Assembly (NCBI RefSeq): GCF_006345805.1 | Contig: NC_043000.1 | Location: 101,804,001 to 101,868,000 of the forward strand | From: Octopus sinensis | Lineage: Eukaryota | Direction: 5' to 3' | DNA length: 64,000 bases | Shown: positions 40,600-53,375 of the stretch, in pieces | How the letters are laid out: each line of letters opens with the position of its first letter | How positions within the stretch are numbered: the first letter of the stretch is position 1 | Made by a program: the position numbers and the translations under genes | The notes under the pieces: generated by a model | Database searches by the model: none | What the model was told of the DNA's origin: nothing | Seen by the model: the letters and a program-made list of their open reading frames with translations, nothing else

Positions 40600-41190
40600 A
40601 AAGGTTGTCACAGCCGGGATGGCAGAAGGGATAAGCGCCCACTATCTACAAAATGCTCCCACATGTCGAGCATCTCAAAAAGCCTCTGACAACCAAAAAA
40701 CAACTCCCAGCCTGCTCGTGGCTGAACTGCTTTTACAGACAGGAGAAGGGGCAAAGGCAGGCCTCTGGTGCCTTAAAACCAAATGCTTTGGGTAGTTGGG
40801 GCTCGTCAGCCTAGGAAGGCTGCCCATCTAGGAGAAGGAAAACTCTAATTTCAAACCTCCACTGCTGCCTTATCCAGTCATGGAATAGGCTTCAGGAGTA
40901 AACCTCGAGGAAAAATCCGGAGTTGGAGCCCCTAAGGTAGCTCGATGCTGATCTCAACTTCGTTCTGGCAGCTCCTGCAACTGTGTTGACGCCAAACTGT
41001 AGCAGCCCTACTGTTCCTTTGGCTCCATCAATTAGGTGGAGAGGGGGGAGACAAATAGCATGGGCAACAGCCTGTTTTTCATATCACACTGCCCAGGCTT
41101 ATATCCATCCACACCATCCTACACACAACTGGAGTTTGATCTCGGCATTGCAGAACATTGATGCAGTTGTCAACTGCCATTTACTTTGAT
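40600..41190 (+). mobile_element. RTE-like LINE 5' UTR fragment
   Basis: GC-richer island containing gcccatctaggagaaggaaaactctaatttcaaacc, a motif I recognise from RTE 5' UTRs. Confidence 0.5.
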
Positions 41191-41211
41191 GCCATAAAAG
41201 AAAATATCTTT

Positions 41212-41265
<54 letters not shown>

Positions 41266-42039
41266 CTCTCTCTCCCTCTCTCTCTCCCTCTTTTATGAAA
41301 TGTATCTCCCTTCCTTCAAATAACTCGATACTACTACAACAGCGATGCTGGTGGAGGATTGTCAGAAAGAAGTGTTCAGCTTTTTATTTGCTCAGAGTTA
41401 CAATATTTTGCATTGATGGAATGATGGCATGATGGCATGCAAGCTGACAACTTTATGGCCAAGAGGCCGACAACCTATCTGTTAAGCCAGTGTGGCTTCT
41501 CACAAGACGTACATTTCTATTCATTCATAGAAACAGTTCCTCACACATCCATATGCTGCTTGTTAAACATCTGTGTCAGTAGAGTGAAGATATTAAATGC
41601 CTTCTTACATCACAATCAATAAACTACTTATTTTCTGTCTAAGAGCCTGTGCTTATATGTATGTATCTGTGGGTGTGTGTATGTGTCTGTGTGCATGAAT
41701 ATATATATATATCCACATATACACATATAAAGATGTTTGTTAAAATGTATGCGTGAGAGTATGTATGTGCATATACATACATATATGTGCATGAGTGTGT
41801 GTGTATTTTTTAACGTGTGTGTGCATGTACATACATGCATGCTCTTGTGAATATACACACATATATTGTAACTTCCAGACATGCTTCAGAGTTTCTGAAT
41901 GCAAAAGACTTTACATAAGTAAACATCTACATATATGTATATTCACTAAGAAATAACTACAGCAGGGTATGTATGTATATATGCATGCATGTGTGTGTTT
42001 CTGTGTATATGAGCATGCGTGCATGTGTGTGTATATATG

Positions 42040-42075
<36 letters not shown>

Positions 42076-43330
42076 TGTGTATGGGTGTGTATATATGTAT
42101 ATATATGTGTGTATCTGTTTGTGTGTACATATATATATATATATATCTCGATATATGTATATATATGTGTGTGTGTTTATAGATAGATAGAAACACATGT
42201 ATATACATATATATAGAGATATACACACACTCTCACATATATATATATATGTATCAATGTATGTGTATTTGCATGGGTGTGTGTGTGTATGGGTGTTCAT
42301 ACATGAATGCCAATACATCGTTGAATAAATGCATATAGGTGAGCAATTTTTATGTATGTTACATATATATATATATATAATATATATATATATATATACC
42401 TGACTCTGTGTGTATGTGTGTGTGTACCTGATACACAATGGCACCTACATAAGTGAACAGAATATACAGCAACAATAACAATAACAACAATCTTCACCAA
42501 CAATGGCAACAGTAGCTGCAATGGCAGCAAAAACACTAAAACTTTAATCACAAACAAGAAACACAAACAACCATTTTTGGCGATAAATTCAGTTAGACAA
42601 GCAAATCGGTATCTAAGTGTTTTGGAAGTCCAAAATAGATTTTTGCTGCTCACATATATATAGATTTCGAAATAGTAAACCTTCAAGCAAGCATTATTGT
42701 GTTTGTCTTGGAGATTCAAAAGACTATATGACAGTCTCTGCTAAAATTTGTGCAGCCGTGTGGAACAGGTGGAACTGTAAGCTAAACCAAATAAATGGTT
42801 CCTGAAGATATGCTGCTGTGTGATTCTATACATATAACGCACACACACATACATACATATATACACACACACATACCTATATATATATATACATATAGGT
42901 ATGTATATATGAATATATGCACTTATATATAAAAGTGTGTATATGTATACATATATACCTACATATACATATATATATATATATAAGATCATTATCATAA
43001 TTTTTTTAATACCCATTTTTCTATCCTAGTATGGGTCAAACAGAATTTGTTGAGGCAGATTATTCTGTAGCCAGATGCCCTTTGTGTCACCAACCCTCAT
43101 CTTTTCCCAGCAAGGTAATATTTACTCATGACCGCACATGTTTTTTCAAGGAGAATGGAAATGAAGAACACTGATTGCAAAGGCAAGGCAACAGCAACAT
43201 GCACACACTTATGCATACACATATACAGACATTTATATACACACACATATATATATATGTATATACACATACACACTAACAGGGAAAATAGAACTCAAAA
43301 TATGAGTATATATATATATATATATATATA

Positions 43331-43438
43331 TAACAGAAGCAACAGAGTGACTCCAGGGCCAAAAGTTTCATTTATTGGCACATATTTGATAAGTTCCAAT
43401 GGAAGAAACTCTTGGCGGTTGCTGTGTTGCTTCTGTTA
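43331..43438. other. 108-nt hairpin (mini-MITE or pre-miRNA-like) flanked by (TA)n
   Basis: TAACAGAAGCAACAGAG / CTGTGTTGCTTCTGTTA (16/17), GCCAAAAGTTTC / GAAACTCTTGGC (11/12), ATTGG / CCAAT. Confidence 0.8.
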
Positions 43439-44239
43439 TATATATATATATATAATATATATATATATATATTATATATATATACATATGGAATAAAATC
43501 TTTTGAGGTTTGAAAAGGTACCAGAATCTCAAAATGTGTTGTTTTTTAATTTTGCAATAGATTTATTCAAATACCAAACCGGCTTCAACAATTTTCAGGC
43601 ACATTTTCAAACCCTCAAATATATTTTCCTATATTTTTCCTGCATGGAAAAACACTTCTTCTTTCCATATAAATATATATATATAGTACATACTCACACA
43701 CACATGTCCAGCATGCTTCTTTCTAGCAAATCCATTGACAACATTTTGTTCATCTCAGAGATATAGCAGATACCACTTTCCCAAGATACTGCAGAGTGGG
43801 ACTGAACCTTCCAAACCACAGGTTTGGGAGTCACCTTCTCCACCATGCAGCTATGCCTGTGTGTCTGTGAGTGTGGTGTGGTGTGGTGTGTATTTGTACA
43901 TACACACATGTATATGTATTCATACATATGATACATTGTTAATGTCATAAGAATTTAGAATCTTCATGAGCAGAATTTTTTTTGGGAACAGTGCATCTCA
44001 AAGCAGATAAAGCTATAAGTAATCCTTTCTACTAAAGGCACAAGGCCTGAAATTTTTTGGAAGGGGACTAGTCAATTACATTGATCCCAGTGTTTGACTG
44101 GTCCTTAATTTAATGACCTCGAAAGAATGAAAGGCAAAGTTAACCTTGACAGAACTTGAATTCAGAACATAAAGACTAACTAAATACCACTAAGCATTTT
44201 CCCCAGTGTGCTAATGATTGTGCCAGCTCACTGCCTTAA

Positions 44240-44459
44240 CCCTTTCATTACTGTATTTATTTTGAGATGCTCTGTGTTTCTTTTAATTACTTTAAATATA
44301 ACAAAGAATTTAGTAAAATAACTTAGTTATCATTCAGCTAGTGACAGGAACATAAATTGTGACTAAGGTTTGGGGGAAGATTTTAATTCAAAACTTATGG
44401 AAACAAGACATTTGTACTCAGAGCCAGAGCCGGTTTCAGCCGTGTTGGTTACAAAAGGG
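44240..44459. mobile_element. piggyBac-type MITE, inverted copy of 641-861
   Basis: TTAA at 44236-44239 and 44460-44463; degenerate TIRs; the internal sequence is the reverse complement of the 641 copy. Confidence 0.88.
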
Positions 44460-45161
44460 TTAAAGCTGTAGATAATGGCGTGTAAATATTCCGTTAAGTA
44501 TATATGGCTAGTCACAATTATATGTTGTTCCATTTATGCTGTAATAAATTTTTAAAAAATAATTTCCAATTAAAGGACGAAAAATATATAAGGAAAACCA
44601 TTTTAAAAAAATGTATTCACGTTATTTACCAAAGTCAGTGTTCTTGATGTTGTACCTTTTTTGAAAATGAACTACAAAAAAAAAAAATTATATGCACAAG
44701 TAAGGTTTAAAATAGGAAAAGTTTAGTTTATATTTTTCTTTTATTGGAACCAGCAACAACAAAGGTGCATACGCAGAAGAATCTTTGAGATGTGAATTTA
44801 AAAGTTTTCTCCTATAATTAATCTGACCTAATTCAGCCTAGATTAGTAACTGCTATATCTAATTTTTTTTCTTTTGGTATAAATTATAAATAAAATATAT
44901 AAAAGTGAAACCTTTTAGTCAACAACTTAGTGTTAGTCAAGACCAGATTAATAAAAAAAAAATCCTTTTCACCACATGGGATTTCAATTTTTATGATCGT
45001 GTCTGACATTGATAACACCGCCCAATGCTCCAGCAAATCTCTGAGCTGTTTAAGATGCTGTAGGTATTCTTCTCACTTCAGTTACTCTTTCCATTTTAAT
45101 CAAGATCTACTTTGTTGCAATAAAAAAAAAGAATATGTCTGTAAATGTATATGTATGTGTG

Positions 45162-45229
<68 letters not shown>

Positions 45230-46189
45230 CGTACATACATACTTGTATATGTGTGTGTATATATATATGTACATACATACATACATACATACATACATAC
45301 ATGCATGTATATATGTGTGTGTATATATATACACAAACACACATATATGCATATGTATATATATAAATATGTGTGTGTATACACATATCTGCACATATCT
45401 CTGTGTGTGTGGATATGTATATATATATATATATACATACATATATATGCATACATATATACTTACATATATATATATGTGCGTGTATGTATACACACAC
45501 ATATATATAGATACACATGCACACACATACATGCATACATATATAGAGAGAGATTTCTAGTCTGCTTTATATGTTTCTTGTTTCCTATATATAACTGCTT
45601 GGTACCTAGAATTTCTCTGAAATTTTTAGCTACCAAATTACATACCATAAAGAATCCAACACATCTTTTTTTCCCCTCCTCTACAAAATCTCACCTCAAA
45701 AACACTCCTATTGTTCATTTTACCAGTTCCATTTGTTGTTTTCAATGAGTTATATTACAGAATCTCAAAAACGGACAAAATTAACATTCTTTTGTTCCGC
45801 ATTGAATTAGTGAATTTTCTCAATTTAGTTAGTGAAATATTCTAAGCTGTTCCAGCTGTAATCAAAGCTGGGGTACCACTCAAATCCCAAAAATCTTCAC
45901 TCAGCAGCTGCTACTTCTTTTTGTCAATCACAAAACATTGACAGCAACAATGCATACCACTTGTATGATTTGCCAGAGGGGCAATGGGTGAAGTGAGAAC
46001 AATGATGGATTTTTTTTCTTTTATTAGGATAATTGTTTTATCGTTCAATATTTTAGAGAATACTATAAGGAATTTTTCGTGGAACCTGTTGTCATATTGA
46101 GAAAAAATATTTTCTTATATTGAGAAAAAATATTTTCTTATATTGAGAAAAAATAATTACACAGCATATACAAAAAATGATTGTATATA

Positions 46190-46255
<66 letters not shown>

Positions 46256-46381
46256 ATATATGTATGTATAGGGTAAGTTTATGAAAAAAACAAAAGACGA
46301 AGACAAGTTGTGTACAAAACAAAGATGTATTAGTATAATGCTCAGGAATAGAAAAAGTCTTTTACATTTCGAGCCTACGCT

Positions 46382-46434
<53 letters not shown>

Positions 46435-46760
46435 CATTATACAGCGCATACACAAAATATGCATGATATATATTGCTTATTCTTTTGGTCTCTTTTGCTG
46501 AATCGCTAAGTTACAGTGATGTAAACACACCAACATCGTTTGTCAATCAATGGTGGTGGGGACAGATGCAGACACAGACATACACACACACACATATATA
46601 CAACACACTTCTTTCAATTTCCGTCTACCAAATCCATACAGAAGGCTTTGGTTGGCCCAAGGCTCTAGTAGAAGACACTTGTCCAAGGTGCTACACAGTG
46701 GGACCAAACCCGGAACCATGTGGTTAGGAAGCAAGCTTCTTACCACACAGCCACTCCTGG

Positions 46761-46799
<39 letters not shown>

Positions 46800-46849
46800 C
46801 ATATAATATTATTTCTTGCATATTATATATATATATAATAATACATATA

Positions 46850-47200
46850 ATATCATTTTACAGAATATACACAAAATATATACATACTGCACATACATGA
46901 AATATATATATAATAGAAAGATGATATATGATATCATCATGCAGCATACTCGCGAAATATATATAATATCATTATATTGTATATACACAAAATGTATAGA
47001 ATGTCATTATATAGCACATACACAAAATGTATATATTACATATAATCTCATATTCAGCATGTAACACAAAATATATGTGATATAATATGTAACATCATTA
47101 TATTGTATATACACTAAATATATATATATCATTATACAATACATGCATGAAATATATACACTATCATTATACAGCAAGTACACAAAATATATATAATATT
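46850..47200. repeat. Degenerate minisatellite, unit of about 30-35 bp
   Basis: Recurring atcattatacagcatatacacaaaatatat; outlying units near 46155 and 46434. Confidence 0.65.
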
Positions 47201-48130
47201 CTGAAAATGTGCATGCTGAAAATCATCTCAAAAAACATTATTTCTATGGAAAATTGCCATATAACAGGCAAAATATCATCATAAATAGTTAAATGTTCTA
47301 AAGCCTACACATTATTCATTCCAAAATAATTATTATTTAGTATATTTGATTTCAAACCCTGTAGATTGAGGACATTAAATTTTACTGTATTTGTAGAAAT
47401 TTTCCCCTCATATGTTTTACCTTAATCAACATACAGTAAGCAATTATTTAATATCAACCAGTTGTTAAGACAATGAGCTGGCAGAATCATTAGCATTGCT
47501 TAGTGACATTCCATCCATCTTCATGTTCTGAGATCAAATTCTGCTGTGGTCGACTGTGCCTTTCACTTTTTTGGAATTGATAAAATAAGTACCAGTTGAT
47601 CACCGGGGTCAATGTAATTAACTCGTCCCTTCCCCATAATTTCAATATCAACCAGTTGTTGTTGTAATTTAGCTTTTAGTAGAACTTTCAACAGAAAGAT
47701 CTTTCCATTTTTTTTTTTTACCTATGTGCATGAAATCTAGTACCTCATTACCCATTCTGCCCTTTGTGGTAGGATGTAATTCAAAGATTTATCTACTGTT
47801 TCTAGCAAATCAATTGACACTATAGGGATCCTATTCTTTGCTTGTCATATGAAATGTTTTTTCTTAATGGTGTTAGTGTTTAGTATATAGGAAAATTCTG
47901 ACTATGCAGACTTATGATTGATGACATTCCAACTGTCTTATTTATCTATGACTAAATTATACAATGATGTTTTTTCCCAATGACTGGATGTAATTTGAAG
48001 GACATTTAGTTGCTATTGCTAGAAAGTCAAATGATTACATAGAGGTTCTCTCAACTCATCATAAAGTGTTGCTGCTGCTGATGTTTGTTGTGTTATTGTT
48101 TAAATGTTGGGCAGCCCTGACTCTCTCTCT

Positions 48131-48534
48131 TTTTTACTCTTTTACTTGTTTCAGTCATTTGACTGCGGCCATGCTGGAGCACCGCCTTTAATCGAGCAAC
48201 TCGCCCCGAGACTTATTCTTTTGTAAGCCCAGTACTTATTCTATCGGTCTCTTTTGCCGAACCGCTAAGTAACGGGGACATAAACACACCAGCATCGGTT
48301 GTCAAGCAATGCTAGGGGGACAAACACAGACGCACAAACACACACACACATATATATATATACATATATACGATGGGCTTCTTTCAGTTTCTGTCTATCA
48401 AATCCACTCGCAAGGTTTTGGTCGGCCCGAGGCTATAGTAGAAGACACTTGCCCAAGGTGCCACGCAGTGGGACTGAACCCGGAACTATGTGGTTGGTAA
48501 ACAAGCTAATTACCACACAGCCACTCCTGCGCCT
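48131..48534 (-). mobile_element. Full-length SINE family A
   Basis: Highly similar to 13117-13523. Confidence 0.9.
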
Positions 48535-50380
48535 GAATATATTTATGATGAAAAGCATTCCATCCATAATGCTTATCTAAAATTATAATTAACATAAAGT
48601 TTTGCCTGAGTCAGCAAATGGCTGGTTGCAAAGCTGGTTAAAATCTATCAGTTTTTTTTCCTGTGCACTGGGTTTAACACACTGGGAGGATTACCTAATT
48701 GGTCTTGTGGGCCATTTGTGGGATCTGTAGCAATTGTTGCAGCTTTTGTGCATTTCTAAATAACTTAATATCTCACTGTGGATACTTTCCTGAAGGCTAT
48801 TATTATTTTATTGCATCATACATTGTGATTCCCTGGTTTGAGTTTTAATTCTTGCAATGTTAGCATTAATCTCCTATATTTTACCTTTATCAGTTAATTG
48901 TTGCTTTATTTCTAATCTAGCAGATCAATTCTAATCTAGCAGATCTGTGATCATTGCATTTCCAGCTATGACCATCTCATCTTATTCAGTGCATTATAGG
49001 ACTACATTGTCCAATATGTCCTTTTGTTTTGTTCATGTTCAGATGGCAGGTTGTGATATGAGGAAGAAATAGTTACTATATCTAACAGGCCAAGTAACCA
49101 TGTAGAAAACTCTGCTGTTGTTTTGTGGTTTAGCTATAGACCAACCCAGATCGAGCATCATCATCATCATCATCATTTAATGTCTGTTTTCCGTGTTGGC
49201 ATGAGTTGGATGGTTTTATAGGAATTGGCAAGACCAGAAGGAAGGGATATATATATATATGTATATATATATATAGAAACCATATCTAAACAGACATTGG
49301 TGTACAGTGTGTTCCTCTGACTTGTTATATCCTTTCCAACTATCCAACCTATGTCAGTATGGAGAGTAAATATATATATATATATGTGTGTGTGTGTGTA
49401 TATATATATGTGTGTGTGTGTATATATATATGTATGTGTGTATATATATATATGTATGTGTGTGTATATATATATATATATGTACGTGTGTATATATATA
49501 TATGTCTGTGTGTGTATATATATATATATATGTATGTGTGTGTTAGGAAGGGCATCCAGCCATAGAAACACTGCCAGATCTGACTGGGCCTGATGAAGCC
49601 TTCCAGCTTCACAGACCCCAGTTGAACCGTCCAACCCATGCTAGCATGGAAAACGGATGCTAAATGATGATGATGATGATGATAATGTATGCATATATAT
49701 ATATAATATAGCAAAAACACTAGTAGTAGATTTGAACTAAAGACCACTACTCTTACAGTTTAATACCCTAGCAACTTTTGAATAATAAAGATACAGAGTG
49801 TAGAGAAAGAACAGTTTCCATCTACCAAATCCACTCGAAAGATTTTTAATCAGCTTGGGTTTATAATAAAAGACACTGCTATGCTGTAGGACTGAACTCA
49901 GAACCCTGTGGTTGGGAAGCAAACTTCTTACAACACAGTCATGTCTGTACACACACACATACACACACACACACACACACATACACACTGTGTCTACTCT
50001 GTTACTCACTTCCCTGCCATCTTTTCACAACTATAAAATCTGTAAATCTGTTCCTCTCAGAATATTTTATCTGACTCTTGCCTAAAATCATCACACAAAA
50101 TATCTCTTCTTTCTCTCTGCTATTATTCTTCAGTTACAAGGCTCCCTTTAGGTCCTTCAGTCTTGCAATCTGTGAAGAGACTAGTGCTAGTATGATAAAA
50201 AAAGTGCTTTGTACTCTCTGTAATGTTGTTGGCATTAGGAAGGCCATCCATCCATAGAAACCATATCTAAACAGACATTGGTGTACAGTGTGTTCCTCTG
50301 ACTTGTTATATCCTTTCCAACTATCCAACCTATGTCAATATGGATAGTAAATGTTAAATAATGATGATGATGATGATGAT

Positions 50381-50413
<33 letters not shown>

Positions 50414-51125
50414 ATGAGTATATGTATGTGTGTGTACATACATACACATATACATGAAAGACATATTGGTTAAAAAATATTTGCCATTTGTAGAAAAACA
50501 GAAATTCATTAAAACTGATGAAGACTTAAAAATGATAAGAACAAATTATTATTTTTTATTAAATGAAATATATTTTCAATTTATTTTCAGGCTATCTGAA
50601 TTTTGTTTTATAAGAAAATTAATGTAATTATAAGAAAATAAATGAAATTATCAGAAATATTCATTTAAATGAAGAGTTCATTTATGGTTATGATTACATG
50701 CCATACTTTGAAGATAGTCCAAAATATCTCTGTTTGCATAGTCAAACAACAGTTTGAATTCTTTTTGTAGAAATAACACTTTTAACATGGTTATATTTGG
50801 GAAGAGCCATAAAACCTATAAACACAGTTATTGGTAGTTGTTTGTTTTAGAATATATTTAACTTCTCTTACTTTTTTCAAAGCATTCAATATATGTTTTA
50901 TATCTCCCAAAATATCTTTCCTTATTGTAGATTTTTTCAATAGATATGTTTTTTTTTAATGCTTGATTTTTAGTTTTTAATTAAAAACCAAGAATTTAAA
51001 AGAGAAAATTCATATCTATTGAGGATGCACTCCTCATTCATCCAGCATAAACCAACAGACACACACACACACACACACACAAACACACGTGTATCTTTCT
51101 TCTTTAATAGTTGTTTGATTTAGCT

Positions 51126-51180
51126 CTGCATGACTTAGTTTTGTAGCTGCATAGGACACATCCCTCTCATCAGATGTTTG
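51126..51180 (-). ncRNA. Hammerhead ribozyme relic (G12A)
   Basis: Minus: CAU-CUGAUGA(51173-51167)-G agggatgtgtcct atgcagcta C-AAAA-C UAA GUC-AUG. Confidence 0.45.
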
Positions 51181-51285
51181 GTGGCAGAGGCACTCTTTAC
51201 ATTATGGAGCTGAGCTAAAGTAGTATTAAATACATGTAACTCCAAACAAATTCCTTGAGAGCTACATGTTTTCATTTGTTCACTC

Positions 51286-51325
<40 letters not shown>

Positions 51326-51326
51326 T

Positions 51327-51361
<35 letters not shown>

Positions 51362-51499
51362 GTGTGCGTATGTGTGTGTGTGTATATGAATGTGCACCCT
51401 TATAGATATGTATGTATATAGTTGTATTTAGTTTTATTTCATTTGGAGAATATTTTTCTTTCTCAACTTTTGTATTTTTATCATATGCTTCTGGGACTT

Positions 51500-51770
51500 G
51501 CACTGTAAAATAAATAAAATAAATGCGCCCTTTTAAAGCCTAGCCAGGCTCATGGGCCTGGTTTCCCGGTTTCCATGGTGTATATTTTCCCCAGCTGGAT
51601 GGGATGCCAGTCCATCGCAGTGTTACTCATTTTTGCCAGCTGAGTGGACTGGAGCAATGTGAAATGAAGTGTTTTGCTAAAGAACACAACACGTTGCCCG
51701 GTCCAGGAATCGAAACCACAATCTTACAATCATGATGCCGACACCCTAACCACTAAGCCACGTGCCTCCA
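51500..51770 (-). mobile_element. tRNA-derived SINE sharing the family C head but with a different tail
   Basis: Minus head gcacgtggcttagtggttagggtg...gtttcgattcctgg; related copy at about 35570-35725. Confidence 0.75.
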
Positions 51771-53335
51771 CGACTTGCACTGTACACTACCTTAAAATCC
51801 TCAAACCTGAGACAATTCTTGTCCTCTCCATATTCCATATTGCCCTCCCATGGTATATGACCTAACAATCAAAGTTTCTTTGTCAGCAGAATACATAATA
51901 TCAGAATTGTGGCTTAATTATTGCAATATGGCTTGAGAAGATATGCACCAGTTCCAAATCATCCTGCATCTTCCAATCATTAGCACTATTCAGAAGCCTG
52001 CATTTTGGTTCAGCAATATCATTATAATGGAGACAAAGATGAAATACGAAACCCCCAGCATCCAACATCACAATTTTGCCAGCTACAATGGCCTGCACTT
52101 GAAGAATTAGCTCAGTACACTAGAAATGAATTTTGAAGAGGCTGCAATAGATGGCAGCAGAAAGGGAAAAATTTACTATATATTACAGATGTAAACCTTC
52201 ATGAAATTTATCATACAGTAAACAATAATAAATTCAAAGTTGTTTTGTACTTTCCCTCATTATTGATTTTTCAATAACCACTGTCATGCAATACACCTTC
52301 TCAATCCAAGTACTCACTCTTGCAATCAGTATATTACATCATATTAAATTTTGTTTTATTATCATTACTATCTGCTGTAGTTTTATTGTCTATTATTGGA
52401 ATTTCATAATGTGGAAGTTTGTCAGCTAAAAGGCAATTTAAGACTTGAAGAGATGGTGCTATCTTTGTTGATGAATGAGCAGTGTTCCTGTAGAGCAATA
52501 AAAACTTCTGGATTTCTCACTTCTACTGTTTACCTTCTCCAAATCACATAAATATAGAAGTCAGTTACACTTCTTGTGAAAGTCACTTATGGAAGCCAGT
52601 TATATCTGTTGTGAAAGTCAGCCACACAGCTAGAATTCCACTACACTTGTGAAATTTACCTCATTTTCCAGCATACAAGTAGAAGTTTTCTTACCAAAAT
52701 TTACAGCCATAAAAGGTAGATTGACATATATACAAAGACAACTTTGGAGGACCAAAAATTCTATGTGAAATGCAGCAGGATTTAGAAACATGGTGATAAT
52801 GTTTGAACGCTTACACTATATACTAAGTTGAACTGTTTGCCAGAAAATATGGTACAGTTATTGAGAAAAAAAAATTGATTATATTTGTGAGGGCCAGCTA
52901 CACTTGTTTCAAAAGTCAGCTATACTTAGCTTCTTTTTCACCACTTTCATGGATTCCTATGACTCTCTGTCACCACCTGATTCCATTATTATGAATTTGA
53001 ATTGAGAGCTTGAGTCATATTGAATCTTCCATTAACTGATTACACAACCACGGACACACCCCTACGGATGCATTGCAGTTACTCTCTTGGTAGAGCTTGG
53101 TGATCCTGACTCTTTTTACCCTCTTACTTGTTTCAGTCATTTGACTGTGGCCATGCTGGAGCACCGCCTTTAGTCGAGCAAATCGACCCCAGGGAATTAT
53201 TCGTTGTAAGCCTAGTACTTATTTTATCGGTCTCTTTTGTCGAACCGCTAAGTTACAGGGACGTAAACACACCACCATCGGTTGTCAAGCGATGTTGGGG
53301 GGGGGACAAACACAGACACACATAAACACACAAAT

Positions 53336-53375
<40 letters not shown>

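Noticed and set aside
40785-40860. Possible HDV-like ribozyme in the RTE 5' UTR
   Set aside because: A 7-bp GGGTAGT/GCTGCCC helix exists, but I could not find P3/L3/P1.1 in the required order.
44930-45748. Longest ORF (272 aa) and the many [16 protein letters not shown] ORFs
   Set aside because: Translations of (TA)n, (CA)n, (CT)n and (TATC)n microsatellites, which lack stop codons in several frames.
46092-46155. Short 24-bp tandem repeat (atattgagaaaaaatattttctt)
   Set aside because: Simple local slippage duplication with no spacers; not CRISPR-like.
47356-47366. ACCCTGTAGAT, matching the start of miR-10
   Set aside because: Only 11 nt match, the remainder diverges, and no precursor hairpin is visible.
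51901-52098. 65-aa non-repetitive ORF
   Set aside because: No recognisable homology; a length expected by chance.
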